The translations under genes were made by a program, and so were the position numbers. Positions 45,623 to 55,046 of a stretch of 64,000 nt of DNA are shown piece after piece. The DNA is from Solirubrobacteraceae bacterium (GTDB lineage: Bacteria; Actinomycetota; Thermoleophilia; Solirubrobacterales; Solirubrobacteraceae). A model generated the notes under the pieces. That model searched no databases, was not told where the DNA came from, and saw only the letters and a program-made list of their open reading frames with translations. The stretch spans positions 14,986 through 78,985 of the forward strand of contig DATAWZ010000074.1 of NCBI GenBank assembly GCA_036266975.1, in the 5' to 3' direction. Every line of letters starts with the position of its first letter. The stretch's first letter is position 1.

Positions 45623-46665
45623 TGAGCGCCACCGCGGCGGGGCGTCGCCGACGCGAGCTCGAACGACGTGCCGCGACTCTGCGCCGCGACGCCTCCACGC
45701 TGCTCGGCGGCGCACCGGACGATGCCGAGGGCGGGGCTGATCAGCTTGTTGCCGTCGTCCAATCCATCTCTGAGATGCTCGTGACACAGCCGGCCGACGG
45801 GAGCCTGGCGGCGCCGCTCAGCGCTCTCGCCGCTGATCTGCAGGAGCTGGCCCTCGATCTCTACGATCTTGATGCTGCCCGGCGCGCGCTCCGGTACGCT
45901 GGGTTGAACCGGACCCTGCGTCGACTCGACGCGACACCGGGCCCGCGCCTGATCCGCGACGTTTGCGAGCAGGTGCGCTTGACCTGCGGGTTGGAACGCG
46001 TCCTGCTGTCCCGCGTAGAGAACAGCCTCTGCCGACCGTGGCGCGCCAACCACGACGACCTGGGCGAGCCGTGGTTCACCAACCACGTCGGCGGCGAGAT
46101 CAACCTCCAGGCGCTGTCGCTCGCCCATGTTGTCGCGGAGGGGCGCGCCGATGTCATCGACACCTCCCAGGCCGACAATCACGACATGGTGCGCGTCAGC
46201 CGTTCGACGTCGTACGCCGTCGCGCCGATCATGTCGGCGGGAGAGGTCATGGGCCTGTTCCACGCCGACCACGGCGGCGACGCTCGTCCATGCGATGAGG
46301 CAGACCGCGACGTCCTGCGCGTGTTCGCTGAGGTCTTCGGCCACGTTCACGAGCGCGAGCATCTCGTCCAGCGCCTCCGCCTCCAGCGCCGGCGTGTTCG
46401 CGAGACGTTGCAGCTCGTCGACGAGGAACTGCTCGGGATCATCGACACGCGGGCATCTGCATCGGTCGAGGCGCTGCTGGACGATCTCACGCCACGCGAG
46501 CGCGACGTGCTCGAGCTTCTGGGCCGCGGGCGCTCCAACCAGGAGATCGCGGAACAGCTCGAGATCGGTAGGCGCACGGTCAAGGACCACGTGGGCCAGA
46601 TCCTGGCCAAGCTCGGCGTCCGCAGCCGCTCCGAGGTGATCGCGCTGATCCACGGCCGGCTGTAG
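45619..46665 (+). CDS. LuxR-family regulator with GAF-like sensor domain (paralogue 2)
   Basis: [21 protein letters not shown]...[12 protein letters not shown] and [44 protein letters not shown]. The start overlaps the paralogue 1 stop (GTGA). Confidence 0.8.
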   Translation: MMSATAAGRRRRELERRAATLRRDASTLLGGAPDDAEGGADQLVAVVQSISEMLVTQPADGSLAAPLSALAADLQELALDLYDLDAARRALRYAGLNRTLRRLDATPGPRLIRDVCEQVRLTCGLERVLLSRVENSLCRPWRANHDDLGEPWFTNHVGGEINLQALSLAHVVAEGRADVIDTSQADNHDMVRVSRSTSYAVAPIMSAGEVMGLFHADHGGDARPCDEADRDVLRVFAEVFGHVHEREHLVQRLRLQRRRVRETLQLVDEELLGIIDTRASASVEALLDDLTPRERDVLELLGRGRSNQEIAEQLEIGRRTVKDHVGQILAKLGVRSRSEVIALIHGRL

Positions 46666-47019
46666 GGGGCGCGGACACGCTTGGCCCTCAGCGGCTCGCG
46701 TCCTGCCCTCGCAGCGAGATGAGGAGGGTCCCGGTCGGCGACCCGCGGCCACGGAGCTCTGGCCCCGCGCCTTGGCCCGGCGGGCTGTGGTAGCCGAGCG
46801 AAGCCGTCATGAACGGACCTCCGATGAGCTGGGGCAGAACGGCGGTTGCTCGTGCCGGGTCCCTCTGGAGGGAGCGGGGGCCGTCGATCTCCTGCGGCTG
46901 TCTGCGTGGGCGAAGGCCGGACCGTCGGAGGACCCGGCTCCGACCTTGGGCCGATGGCGACGCCGGTGTCTTCGTCGAAAGTGCGGGCTCACTCGCAACC
47001 CTGCATCAGGAGGCTCACT

Positions 47020-47484
47020 ATGGAGACCGGCCAAACCAGCCACATCGAGCGTCACGTGTTGGGCCCGGACGTCGGCTACCTGGGCGAGGAGGCGTACCCG
47101 GCCTTTTCGTTCGTGGACGTCACGCGCGCCGGCAACACCTTCTACTGCACCGGAGTGACGCCCACGCGCGGTACCCAGGACGAGAAGGTCTGGCCCTACA
47201 ACCTCGAGATCGTCGCCCCGGGCAACTTCCGGGAGCAGTACGAGTGGGTCCTCGGCTCGCTCTGCCGGATGCTGGAGCTCGCCGGCGCGCGCGTCCCGCA
47301 CGATGTCGTCAACGTCAACGTGTTCACGACCGACATGCGGGCCCTGAACGAGTGCACCGATGTCTACGAGAAGCACTTCGGTCAGGCGTGGCCGGCGCTG
47401 ACCTATCTTCAGGTGGCCGGGCTGTGGCACCCCGAGCAGATGGTCGAGGTGAATGCGATCGCCGTCACCCAAGACGCCCAATGA
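47020..47484 (+). CDS. RidA/YjgF/L-PSP family protein
   Basis: ATG after CAGGAGG. AGNTFYCTGVTP...NVNVFTTDMRALNECTDVYEKHF...VEVNAIAV. Confidence 0.85.
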   Translation: METGQTSHIERHVLGPDVGYLGEEAYPAFSFVDVTRAGNTFYCTGVTPTRGTQDEKVWPYNLEIVAPGNFREQYEWVLGSLCRMLELAGARVPHDVVNVNVFTTDMRALNECTDVYEKHFGQAWPALTYLQVAGLWHPEQMVEVNAIAVTQDAQ

Positions 47485-48731
47485 CCGCCAGCAAGCACAT
47501 CGTCGAGATGACGGCAGAGGAGCGGCGGGCGGCCATCGAGGCCGCCCGCGCGCTGGCGCCTGAGCTGGACGCAGTGGGGGCCACGGCCGACGAGGAGAAC
47601 CAGTTCCCGTTCTCGCTCGTGCCGCGCTACAAAAAGGCCGGGTTCGCCCGCTTCAGCGTGCCCAAGGCGTACGGCGGCGGTGGGGCCGACATCCTGACGA
47701 TCAGCCAGGTGTCCCGCGAGCTGGCCAAGGGCGATCCGCCGATCGCGCTGGCCTTCAACATGCACCAGACGATGCTCGGCATCTACAAGGCGATGATGAC
47801 CGAGGCGCAGCGCGAGTACTGGCTGACCCGGATCGCCGCGGAGAACCTGCTCATCTGCGCGGCGTTCAGCGAGGATCGCGCCGGCGTCACCGGCCTGTCC
47901 GACGTCGTGGCGACGCCCGTCGACGGCGGCTACCGGATCTCAGGGCGCAAGTCCTGGGTCACCCTCTCGGAGGCGGCGGACCTGTTGACCTTCAGCGCGA
48001 CGGTCACCAACGCGGACGGCAGCCGGCCCAACACACTCGAGAAACGCGTCGCGCGCGAGCAGATCTTCATCGTGGAGAAGGGCACACCGGGCCTGGAGAT
48101 CATCCGCACCTGGAACACCCACGGGATGCGCGCTACCGGCACGCAGACGGTGGCCTTCGAAAACGCGCTCGTGCCGGAGAGTGCCCTCGTAGGCACCATG
48201 CGCGGCGGCCTGTTCGCCCAAGTCGAATGGATCACCGGGCCGTTCTCGGGAGTCTACCTCGGCCTGGCCGAGAAGGCATACGAGCTGACGGTCGAGACCC
48301 TCAAGGTGAAATCTCTGGGCGCCACGGCGATGGCCCTGGATAACCCGCTGCGCGAGATCGGCTACGTGCAACACGCCGTCGGCGAGATGCGCAGCCGCAT
48401 CGTCGAGGCCGAGCGCGTACTCGAGGCGACATGCCAGCTGCTCATCGACGGTCGCGACAAGGATTTCGATCCTGTGGCACGGCCGGCACTCATCAACCCG
48501 TGCAAGCTCATCGCGACGGAGGTCGCGCGCCACGTTACGGACACAGGAATGCGCCTCATCGGCGGGTCGACCTTCCGGCGCGGCGCAGCGATCGAGCGGC
48601 TATACCGCGACGCCCGTAGCGGCCCCTTCCAGCCGATCACGCCCGACCAGAGCTACGACCTGCTGGGCAAGTCCGAGCTCGGCCTGCTCGAGGTCCCCGA
48701 GCCTGTCGCCGACCGACTTGGGACAAGGTGA
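47481..48731 (+). CDS. Acyl-CoA dehydrogenase-fold flavoprotein (type-2 ACAD / possible flavin monooxygenase component)
   Basis: ATGA overlap with the RidA gene. PKAYGGGGADILTISQVSRELAKGDP...GYRISGRKSWVTL...THGMRATGTQTVAFENALVP...STFRRGAAIERLYRDARSGPF. Confidence 0.85.
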   Translation: MTASKHIVEMTAEERRAAIEAARALAPELDAVGATADEENQFPFSLVPRYKKAGFARFSVPKAYGGGGADILTISQVSRELAKGDPPIALAFNMHQTMLGIYKAMMTEAQREYWLTRIAAENLLICAAFSEDRAGVTGLSDVVATPVDGGYRISGRKSWVTLSEAADLLTFSATVTNADGSRPNTLEKRVAREQIFIVEKGTPGLEIIRTWNTHGMRATGTQTVAFENALVPESALVGTMRGGLFAQVEWITGPFSGVYLGLAEKAYELTVETLKVKSLGATAMALDNPLREIGYVQHAVGEMRSRIVEAERVLEATCQLLIDGRDKDFDPVARPALINPCKLIATEVARHVTDTGMRLIGGSTFRRGAAIERLYRDARSGPFQPITPDQSYDLLGKSELGLLEVPEPVADRLGTR

Positions 48732-48942
48732 GGGGCTCGTGCAGGACGGTTCCCCATATACGAGATGCTCGACCGGCGGTTTGGCGCGGCGCTCGCACGA
48801 CTACAGGGCGGGAGAAATTCTGTCCACACGGCATGACGCGGACCGTCGAGCCGTTCTTCTATCGGTGCAGTCCCGCTCATAATCGTCCTGTTCTCATCGG
48901 GAGCGTCCGTCTGGCCGCACCGTTCCCGCCGGTGGCCTTGCC

Positions 48943-49680
48943 ATGAACCGCCGCGCGCAACTCATCTGCATCTGCTGTGGGCCGGTGCTCATGGTGCTAT
49001 TCGCGATCGGCTGGGTGGGGCTCGGTCGCTTTCTCCCCCCGTGGGTGGGTGCGCGCGACAGCCCCGCGCAGACGGCACGGATCTTTTGGGATCACGCTGA
49101 CCGCATACGGATCGGGGTGGTCTTCACGATCCTCAGCATGGGGATGCTGGCGCCGTGGGGCTCGGCGCTGGCCGCGCAGACTAGGCGCCGCGAGGGCAGA
49201 TTCCCGGTGCTCGCGTACGCGCAGGTGACCTGCATCGGTGCTGCGACGGCGATGATCCTCGCGGCGTGCGTGTTCTGGGGAGTTGCCACCTACCGACCCC
49301 ATGCCGTGTCCCCACAGCTCGTCCAGCTCTGTCACGACGTGGGCTGGTTCTTCTTCCTGTACACGTGGCCGGCGTTCTCGCTGTGGGCCGCCTTCGTCGG
49401 GCTGGCCATCTTGCTGGACCAAGTCGAGTACGGAGTGTATCCACGCTGGGCGGGCTATCTGTCGATCTTCGTGGCGCTGGACATCGCCCCGGGCGGGATA
49501 ATCATCTTCTTCAAGCACGGCGCGTTCTCCTGGAGCGGCGCGATCGCGCTCTATGTCCCGGTCGGTGCGTTCTTCATCTGGCTCGTCGCGATGACCACGC
49601 TCACGCTGAAGAACATCCAGAAGGGACTGCACGAGGAAGCGGCCGCCAGCCTCGATTCGGCGATAGGAGACAGCACGTAG
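48943..49680 (+). CDS. Integral membrane protein (about 6 TM), hypothetical
   Basis: 245 aa with multiple hydrophobic helices (PVLMVLFAIGWVGL, GVVFTILSMGMLAPW, FFFLYTWPAFSLWAAFVGLAILL, ...). Confidence 0.7.
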   Translation: MNRRAQLICICCGPVLMVLFAIGWVGLGRFLPPWVGARDSPAQTARIFWDHADRIRIGVVFTILSMGMLAPWGSALAAQTRRREGRFPVLAYAQVTCIGAATAMILAACVFWGVATYRPHAVSPQLVQLCHDVGWFFFLYTWPAFSLWAAFVGLAILLDQVEYGVYPRWAGYLSIFVALDIAPGGIIIFFKHGAFSWSGAIALYVPVGAFFIWLVAMTTLTLKNIQKGLHEEAAASLDSAIGDST

Positions 49681-50475
49681 GGTGAGGTGCTCCCGGGCTG
49701 GGAGAATCGGGATTGCTCAAGTCTCGAATACCCGGCCACGGTCTGCAGTGACGGCCGCCCAACCACGAGCCCCTCACATCCCGCAATGCTCTCCGACGCG
49801 GATGATCAAGCCCTGAAATCCCGTCGTATGCATCGGTCGAGGGCACCGTGGACGAGCCGGCGTTGCCGGCGGCTGCCGCGTCCCGCCTGACGACGACACG
49901 GTCGACCAGTCACGGTTGGTGGCCGACGATCGCACACCGACGATTCCGCGATGCCAACCTCAAGGTGCATCTGGGGTACCGCGCGGCCGGCGCCACGGCC
50001 GGCGCCGATGGGGCCGGCTCCTGGTTTCCGCACGCTGGCGAGTTTCCAGCGCTCCCGCTCCGGGTTTCGCTGTTGGGGCAACCTCCGTCGAGCCGCCACG
50101 GCGACCACGCCGCAGACCCGGCTTCTGCTTGCACGGCCGGTCCGCTGGTCGCGACGGCGGCTCACCGACGAGGGACGACTGCTTGCGTCGCGGCGGAGTC
50201 GACCCGTCCGCGTCCGCATCGCCACTCAGTGAAGGTACGGCTCCGATCGCTCGTGTTCCACCGCGCGCGGGGAGCGCACGATCGCAAGCAACGGAGGCTG
50301 TTGCACAAACCTCCGCGGTCCGAATTCCCTTGGGTGCCGGTGACAACGGCGCGACTTCTCGAGAGGTCGAATCGGTCGCCGGATGTGCTCGCTTGCCCGG
50401 AGATGGGCTCACAGAGCGTCGCCCAAAGTGTCGATTGTGAGTCAATCCAGTCGCCCGGGGTTTGTGCGACACCCT

Positions 50476-50609
50476 CAACGGAACGGAGTCGTCCGCATCC
50501 GCACCGGGTCCGATGCAAACCGCGTCAACGATCCGGGCGGTTGCTTCCCGCAGAAGCGGTCGTCCGGTCCGCGGGCTCCGTCGCGTCGCGGCCGGCTTGC
50601 GCTATCGCG
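50476..50609 (+). repeat. Repeat family copy C (partial, most diverged)
   Basis: caacggaacggagtcgtccgcatccg ... gcttcccgcagaagc ... gcggccggcttgcgctatcgcg aligns with copy B in the same orientation. Confidence 0.5.
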
Positions 50610-50978
50610 TACCAGGAAGCGTCGCCCGTCTCGGTGCGCACGATCGCACATAGGCCGCCGGACGGCAACACGCGCGCTATCGCCTTGGCGACGCAGCACT
50701 CGTCCGGCGAGCTGGGGGCGCCGGGGTCGTCGGGGATCGCGCGGCCGCAGATCCCCGCGCGGTCGCGTCGCACGAGCGGACCGTCGCCATTGCGCTCGCG
50801 AGCAGCCCGGCCATCCGGCCGGCGGATGCGATCGTCCGGCTCTGCGACCTCCGAGCCCCTGCCTTGGGTGAAGGGAGGAACAGGTGCACTTTCCAACCGA
50901 CCCGGCACGCCTCCCCTCCTGGGACCCTCAGTAGGTCGGTTTGCTGACTCGGCGCGCCCGGCGTGAGATGCTGCGCGC

Positions 50979-51689
50979 GTGACAGGCGATGAACTGAAGG
51001 CGAGACGCAAGGCCGCTGGCCTCAGTCAGGCAGCCTTGGCTGAGAGGGTCGGCGTCACGCAGGGCGCAGTGTCCACGTGGGAAACCGGTCGGGTAGCACT
51101 GCCACGCGACCAGATCGACGCGCTCCAGCGCATACTCGCCGACAACGCGAACGCGAGCCTGACCTCTCCGAGCCAAGCATTTGGAGAGTGGCTCCGCGGT
51201 CGCCGAGAGGCGGCGAATCTGACGCGCGAGGAGCTCGCAGCGATGTCGGGCGTCAGCGCGATCCAGATCTACAACATTGAGACCGGCCGTACGGCCAATC
51301 CGCGTTCCAAGACTCGTAAAGCATTCGAGCGGGTTCTGAAGCAACGTGTGCCCGACGAGCTCGTCCGGGCCGTTGAGGAGAGCGCCGAGATTCAAGGCGT
51401 CGGTCGGATGACCGACTTCGACCCGCACAGCGACGGGGAGTTTCCCCGCGAACCCGGGGTCTACGTCTTCTACGACATCAGCGATCGGCCCATCTATGTC
51501 GGCAAGAGCGGGGACATCCGCAACCGGATTCGCGGCCATGTCGACAAGTTCTGGTATCGCAGCCCGATCGTTGAGAAGGCCGCGTACGTTCGCGTCGATG
51601 ACGCTGTTTTGCGCGGTCAGCTCGAGGAAACGCTCATCAAGTTCCTCAAGTCGAACGCCGTCATCAATCAGCGACTTGTCGATCGCTGA
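50979..51689 (+). CDS. Double XRE-type HTH protein fused to a UvrC/Cho-like GIY-YIG nuclease domain
   Basis: HTH 1: LKARRKAAGLSQAALAERVGVTQGAVSTWETG. HTH 2: LRGRREAANLTREELAAMSGVSAIQIYNIETG. GIY-YIG: EPGVYVFYDISDRPIYVGKSGDIRNRIRGH...LEETLIKFLKSNAVINQR. Confidence 0.75.
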   Translation: MTGDELKARRKAAGLSQAALAERVGVTQGAVSTWETGRVALPRDQIDALQRILADNANASLTSPSQAFGEWLRGRREAANLTREELAAMSGVSAIQIYNIETGRTANPRSKTRKAFERVLKQRVPDELVRAVEESAEIQGVGRMTDFDPHSDGEFPREPGVYVFYDISDRPIYVGKSGDIRNRIRGHVDKFWYRSPIVEKAAYVRVDDAVLRGQLEETLIKFLKSNAVINQRLVDR

Positions 51690-51995
51690 TCGCCCATCAC
51701 TCCGCGGCGATCCCGCCAGCGGCACGCGTCCGACCCCACGTGACCCGTTGCGCCGACGCTCGGTTCCGCCCATACGTAGGCGCCCCGGAGCTCGCACCGC
51801 CGGACGATCGCATCCGTCGCTTGGATGGTCGCCAGCTCGCGAACGCACTGAGCGACGAGCCACCCGTCCACGGAGCCCTCGGAGCGGGCGATCGCGGAGT
51901 TGGCCGGCGGTCGAGCCTCTCCCGGCCGGGTCGGAGATCGCTCGGTCGCCGATACGATCGCCGGCCGCGGGCCCGGTTTACGGCGTATGCGATCG

Positions 51996-52400
51996 TCAGC
52001 GTGGCGAGGCGACCGACCAACCGGACGCGCGTGCCGCCTGTGCCATGCGCTCGTCGTAAGTGACGATCTGTCTGACCGACGAGCCGAGCTGGCGAGCACT
52101 CGCGAGATGAATCGCGTCAAGTGAACGCAGCTCATCTGGCGCCATGTGCCCAGCGTCGCGTAGCACGCGGTCGTTCACGCGGAGCAGTTGGATCCGACGC
52201 AACGCCTCCTCGCCGCGTGCGACCGCCCCGGGACCGCTCGGCAGGAGCGCCCGCGCTACCTCGGTTCGTGCCAAGGCGCTGCTCACAAGTGGCTGGCGGC
52301 GAGAGAGATACCGGCGCAGCGCCTTTGACTCGGGCTCGGCAACCGCGAGCTTGACGATCGCCGACGAATCGACGTAGCTCAGCCGCGCTTCAGCGCTCAT
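51996..52400 (-). CDS. vapC: PIN-domain toxin
   Basis: Internal ATG gives MSAEARLSYVDSSAIVKLAV...SLDAIHLASARQLGSSVRQIVTYDERM. Overlaps the antitoxin stop by 11 nt. Confidence 0.8.
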   Translation of the reverse strand: MSAEARLSYVDSSAIVKLAVAEPESKALRRYLSRRQPLVSSALARTEVARALLPSGPGAVARGEEALRRIQLLRVNDRVLRDAGHMAPDELRSLDAIHLASARQLGSSVRQIVTYDERMAQAARASGWSVASPR

Positions 52401-52662
52401 GACGCCTGAGCCGCGCCAGAGCTTCGGACGGCAGTTCGGCGTCCGACGGCACCGCCAGGGGCTCCGGCAGGTCGGAGATATCGGCTTCGCTGGCTTGCAG
52501 ATCCCCGGCGGCTCTGAGCCGCTCGAGCGGATCCACAGGCAACGGTGCGAGGACGGCGACCGGCCGTCCACGGTCTGTGATCTCGATGCTCTCGCCATCC
52601 TCGACACGGCGTATCAGCTCGCTCGCCCGCTGGCGGAGCTCTCTGATTCCCACGCTCGTCAC
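52390..52662 (-). CDS. Phd/YefM-family antitoxin
   Basis: VGIRELRQRASELIRRVEDGESIEITDRGRPVAVLAP. Confidence 0.8.
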   Translation of the reverse strand: MTSVGIRELRQRASELIRRVEDGESIEITDRGRPVAVLAPLPVDPLERLRAAGDLQASEADISDLPEPLAVPSDAELPSEALARLRRHER

Positions 52663-52680
52663 GGTGCTATTTGTAGCACA

Positions 52681-53304
52681 TCAAGGCCCTACTCGGGCTT
52701 CGGCCGTCGTGGCCACTCCTTCGTCGCCGATGCGCTCGCGCGATTCGAAGGCGGGAGCCGACCGATGCGATCGTCTGGTCTCGGTCGACGCCGCCGACCC
52801 CGAAGTTGCGCCTCGTCGCCCAAGCGATCGCCCGGCCGAATGCGCCCGGAGAGATGAAAGCGATCGCCCGAGGAGCTGCGGCCTGGCGTCATCTGGTGGG
52901 CGGTAGCGCAAGCCGGCCGCCACCGGACGGCGCCGAGGACCGGACGAGTGCTTTTCCGGAAAGCGCTCGTCCGCGGCGTTACCCGGAGCCGCGGTGCCGG
53001 ATACGGACGACTCCTTGCCGTTGAACTCGATCGTCCGGTCGCCCCGAGCGCCGGACCGAAAGGGATCGCCGGGGTCGCGAGCATCGACCAGCGCCGTCTT
53101 GGCGTTGCCGGTCCGTTCTTCACGGCCATCGGTCCCGCTTCTGGCGAGGACCAGGTGCCATGCCTCGCAGGGGCTGAGACTCGCATTCGTGCAGGCGCGG
53201 GCATCGGAAGTTGGTGTCGCCTCGTGACCGCCTGTGTCCGCGAGGAGCAGCCAGGCGAGAATTCGCGAGACCGCCGTTCGGTGATCGATGACGCCGTCCG
53301 TCAA
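52681..53304 (-). pseudogene. Open 207-codon frame spanning repeat copy A; possible relic of a primase-polymerase-type gene (very tentative)
   Basis: The frame has the highest GC3 of the three. AWHLVLARSGTDGREERTGNAKTALVDARDPGD loosely resembles the Prim-Pol HLYFR...N...IDVRGDGG block. The Arg/Ser-rich tail is not protein-like. Confidence 0.25.
52897..53154 (-). repeat. Repeat family copy A (about 258 bp, inverted relative to B and C)
   Basis: Shares identical runs with copy B in reverse complement: ggcgaccggacgatcgagttcaacggcaagga (32 nt), ctcgtccggtcctcggcgccgt (22 nt) and cggtggcggccggcttgcgc (20 nt). Confidence 0.7.
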
Positions 53305-53450
53305 CCAGGCGGGCGGGCTGCCACGGCTTGGCTCGCTGGGAGATCGTGGCGGTCGTTCGGTCTCGTCGAGGGCGTGGATCGGCTCGCTCGCGTGTTCACG
53401 CAGGTCTCGGCGCGTTGACGGGCGGCTTTGGTCCAGCTAGGTTCTGTTCG

Positions 53451-53999
53451 ATGGGGCTCTTGCATTCGAAGGCGCATCGGATGTCGACCGGACGGGCACT
53501 GGTGATCACGGCGGACGCGTTGACGTTGGACACGGGCTACACCACCGGTAAGGGCGCATCGCTGCACTCGAAGATTCGGGTTCGCGTGACTCCCGATGAC
53601 GGCGGGTCGCAGTTCGAGTCGGTTGCGAGTGCGTGGGGCGGTGATCAGGAGCATTTGGTTCGGGGTCATTGGACCTATGTCCTGTATGACCGCGAGCAGC
53701 GCGATGGGTGCGACATCGATGGCGACCGGCTCGCGAACGAATTCGGCCGGGATGGGAAGAAGCGCCGGACGTCGGTCCCGAAATGGGTCTCGGACGAGTG
53801 GACCGAGGAAGCCGTGAAGTCGGCCGATGGCCAGCCTACCGCGGCGCCGAGCGCCGAGATTCCGCGGAGTGCGGAATCACCGCCCGGCTCTGAAGACATG
53901 GTCGCGGGCCTGAAGGATCTCGCTCAGTTGCATGCCACCGGCGCGCTGAACGATGTCGAGTACGCCGAGGCGAAATCGCGGCTCCTCGCTCGCGATTAG
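53451..53999 (+). CDS. SHOCT-domain protein with unassigned N-terminal domain
   Basis: C-terminal MVAGLKDLAQLHATGALNDVEYAEAKSRLLARD matches the SHOCT pattern. The start is uncertain (ATG 53451 or 53481). Confidence 0.65.
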   Translation: MGLLHSKAHRMSTGRALVITADALTLDTGYTTGKGASLHSKIRVRVTPDDGGSQFESVASAWGGDQEHLVRGHWTYVLYDREQRDGCDIDGDRLANEFGRDGKKRRTSVPKWVSDEWTEEAVKSADGQPTAAPSAEIPRSAESPPGSEDMVAGLKDLAQLHATGALNDVEYAEAKSRLLARD

Positions 54000-54197
54000 C
54001 CGACAGGAACAACCTTCCCGGCCACTGGCATGGCCTATCTGGGCGTCCCCGCCCCGTTTGGACATGACGCTCTCGAACCTGCGATCGGCATCGGGCGGGA
54101 GCCCGGCTCCCAGTTTCTGACGGGCATCTCTGGCGTGATACCTCCTGCCCCGCAACGCGCGGGATCCGCGATGCAAGGATTCGCGCCGGATGCCCGG

Positions 54198-54590
54198 TCA
54201 GGCTGACGGCTGAGCGCGCTGGGCGATGTGTCGCAGCTTCTTGTCTAGCGTGAGTAGCGCCGAGTCGGTCACGATCGCCGTCGCGAGCGACATGGCGTCC
54301 GGGAGCCGCAGCGACTGATGTTCGGCTCGTAGCGCGGCCGCGCGCCGAGCGACCGCGCGATCGATCGGGACGATCGAGATCCCGGCTGCGTCGAAGAACT
54401 CATCGACGATCGCGTCGGTGCCTTGTTGCAGCGGGCGCACGATGTTCTCGGCGTATACCGTCGCTGGCGCGAGCAGCTCGTCGCCGGCCGCTAACCGTGG
54501 CCGCAGCTCCGCCACTGCCGTGGCGTGTTGATCGTCCCCGGGGTCGAGGAACGCGATCACGATGTCTGCGTCCAGCGCTACGCGCGCCAC
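54198..54590 (-). CDS. vapC: PIN-domain toxin
   Basis: VALDADIVIAFL...LPDAMSLATAIVTDSALLTLDKKL. Confidence 0.85.
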   Translation of the reverse strand: MARVALDADIVIAFLDPGDDQHATAVAELRPRLAAGDELLAPATVYAENIVRPLQQGTDAIVDEFFDAAGISIVPIDRAVARRAAALRAEHQSLRLPDAMSLATAIVTDSALLTLDKKLRHIAQRAQPSA

Positions 54591-54799
54591 TCGTCACGCA
54601 GTCGATCGACATAACCGCGCGGGTACGTGCCGGCCGGAAGACTGCCCGCATAGCGATCGATGACGTCTTCGGCACGCTCGACCTCGATCCGACCACGGCC
54701 GGTCGCCCGGATGACGACCTCGTCCCCTGCGGCCAGGCCGGCATCCTTGAGCACGCTCACGGGGAGTGTGACCTGGTGTTTTCGGGAAACCCTGCTCAT
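54578..54799 (-). CDS. vapB: AbrB/MazE/SpoVT-type antitoxin (VapB)
   Basis: VSRKHQVTLPVSVLKDAGLAAGDEVVIRATGRGRIEVERAED. Overlaps the vapC start. Confidence 0.85.
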   Translation of the reverse strand: MSRVSRKHQVTLPVSVLKDAGLAAGDEVVIRATGRGRIEVERAEDVIDRYAGSLPAGTYPRGYVDRLRDEWRA

Positions 54800-55046
54800 C
54801 GCTTTACCATTCTAACAGGGCGTAAAGCGAGACTCGGGGCGCCGGCAGTCGCCGTCGCCTTTTCGCTGGCCTACCTCGGCGTTATTCTGCGACTCCCGCG
54901 ACGCAACGGCCAGGCTCTTGTTCTGTGCGATAGACAGACCTCAAGCTGAAGAAATCCGGCGCCGCGAAGGAATCGGGGTTGACCGTCTTCGGTGGTACTC
55001 CGAACCGTTCAGCCCGAGCAGGGTGACCTTGGCGAGCTGCCGTCAG

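Noticed and set aside
46666-47019. 350-nt GC-rich leader upstream of the RidA/ACAD operon, considered as a riboswitch.
   Set aside because: I could not recognise any known riboswitch core (B12 box, TPP, SAM, glycine, ZTP, c-di-AMP) by eye. This needs Rfam/Infernal and is left unassigned.
49699-49737. Second possible tRNA-Thr 3'-end/att-like relic (aatcggga...ctcgaat).
   Set aside because: Only two short blocks match, with a 6-7 nt insertion, which is within chance expectation for a 64-kb window. It is mentioned only as a weak hint of a composite island.
49848-50966. 372-aa plus-strand ORF in the ORF-poor stretch.
   Set aside because: It has an Arg/Ser/Pro-rich low-complexity translation and no motif. 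It overlaps repeat copy C, which carries non-triplet indels relative to its homologues.
51700-51950. Minus-strand segment translating to ...SVDGWLVAQCVRELATIQATDAIVRRCELRGAYVWAEPSVGA... between the GIY-YIG gene and vapC.
   Set aside because: The composition is protein-like, but there is no start codon, it overlaps vapC in another frame further upstream, and no family was recognised. It may be another gene relic.
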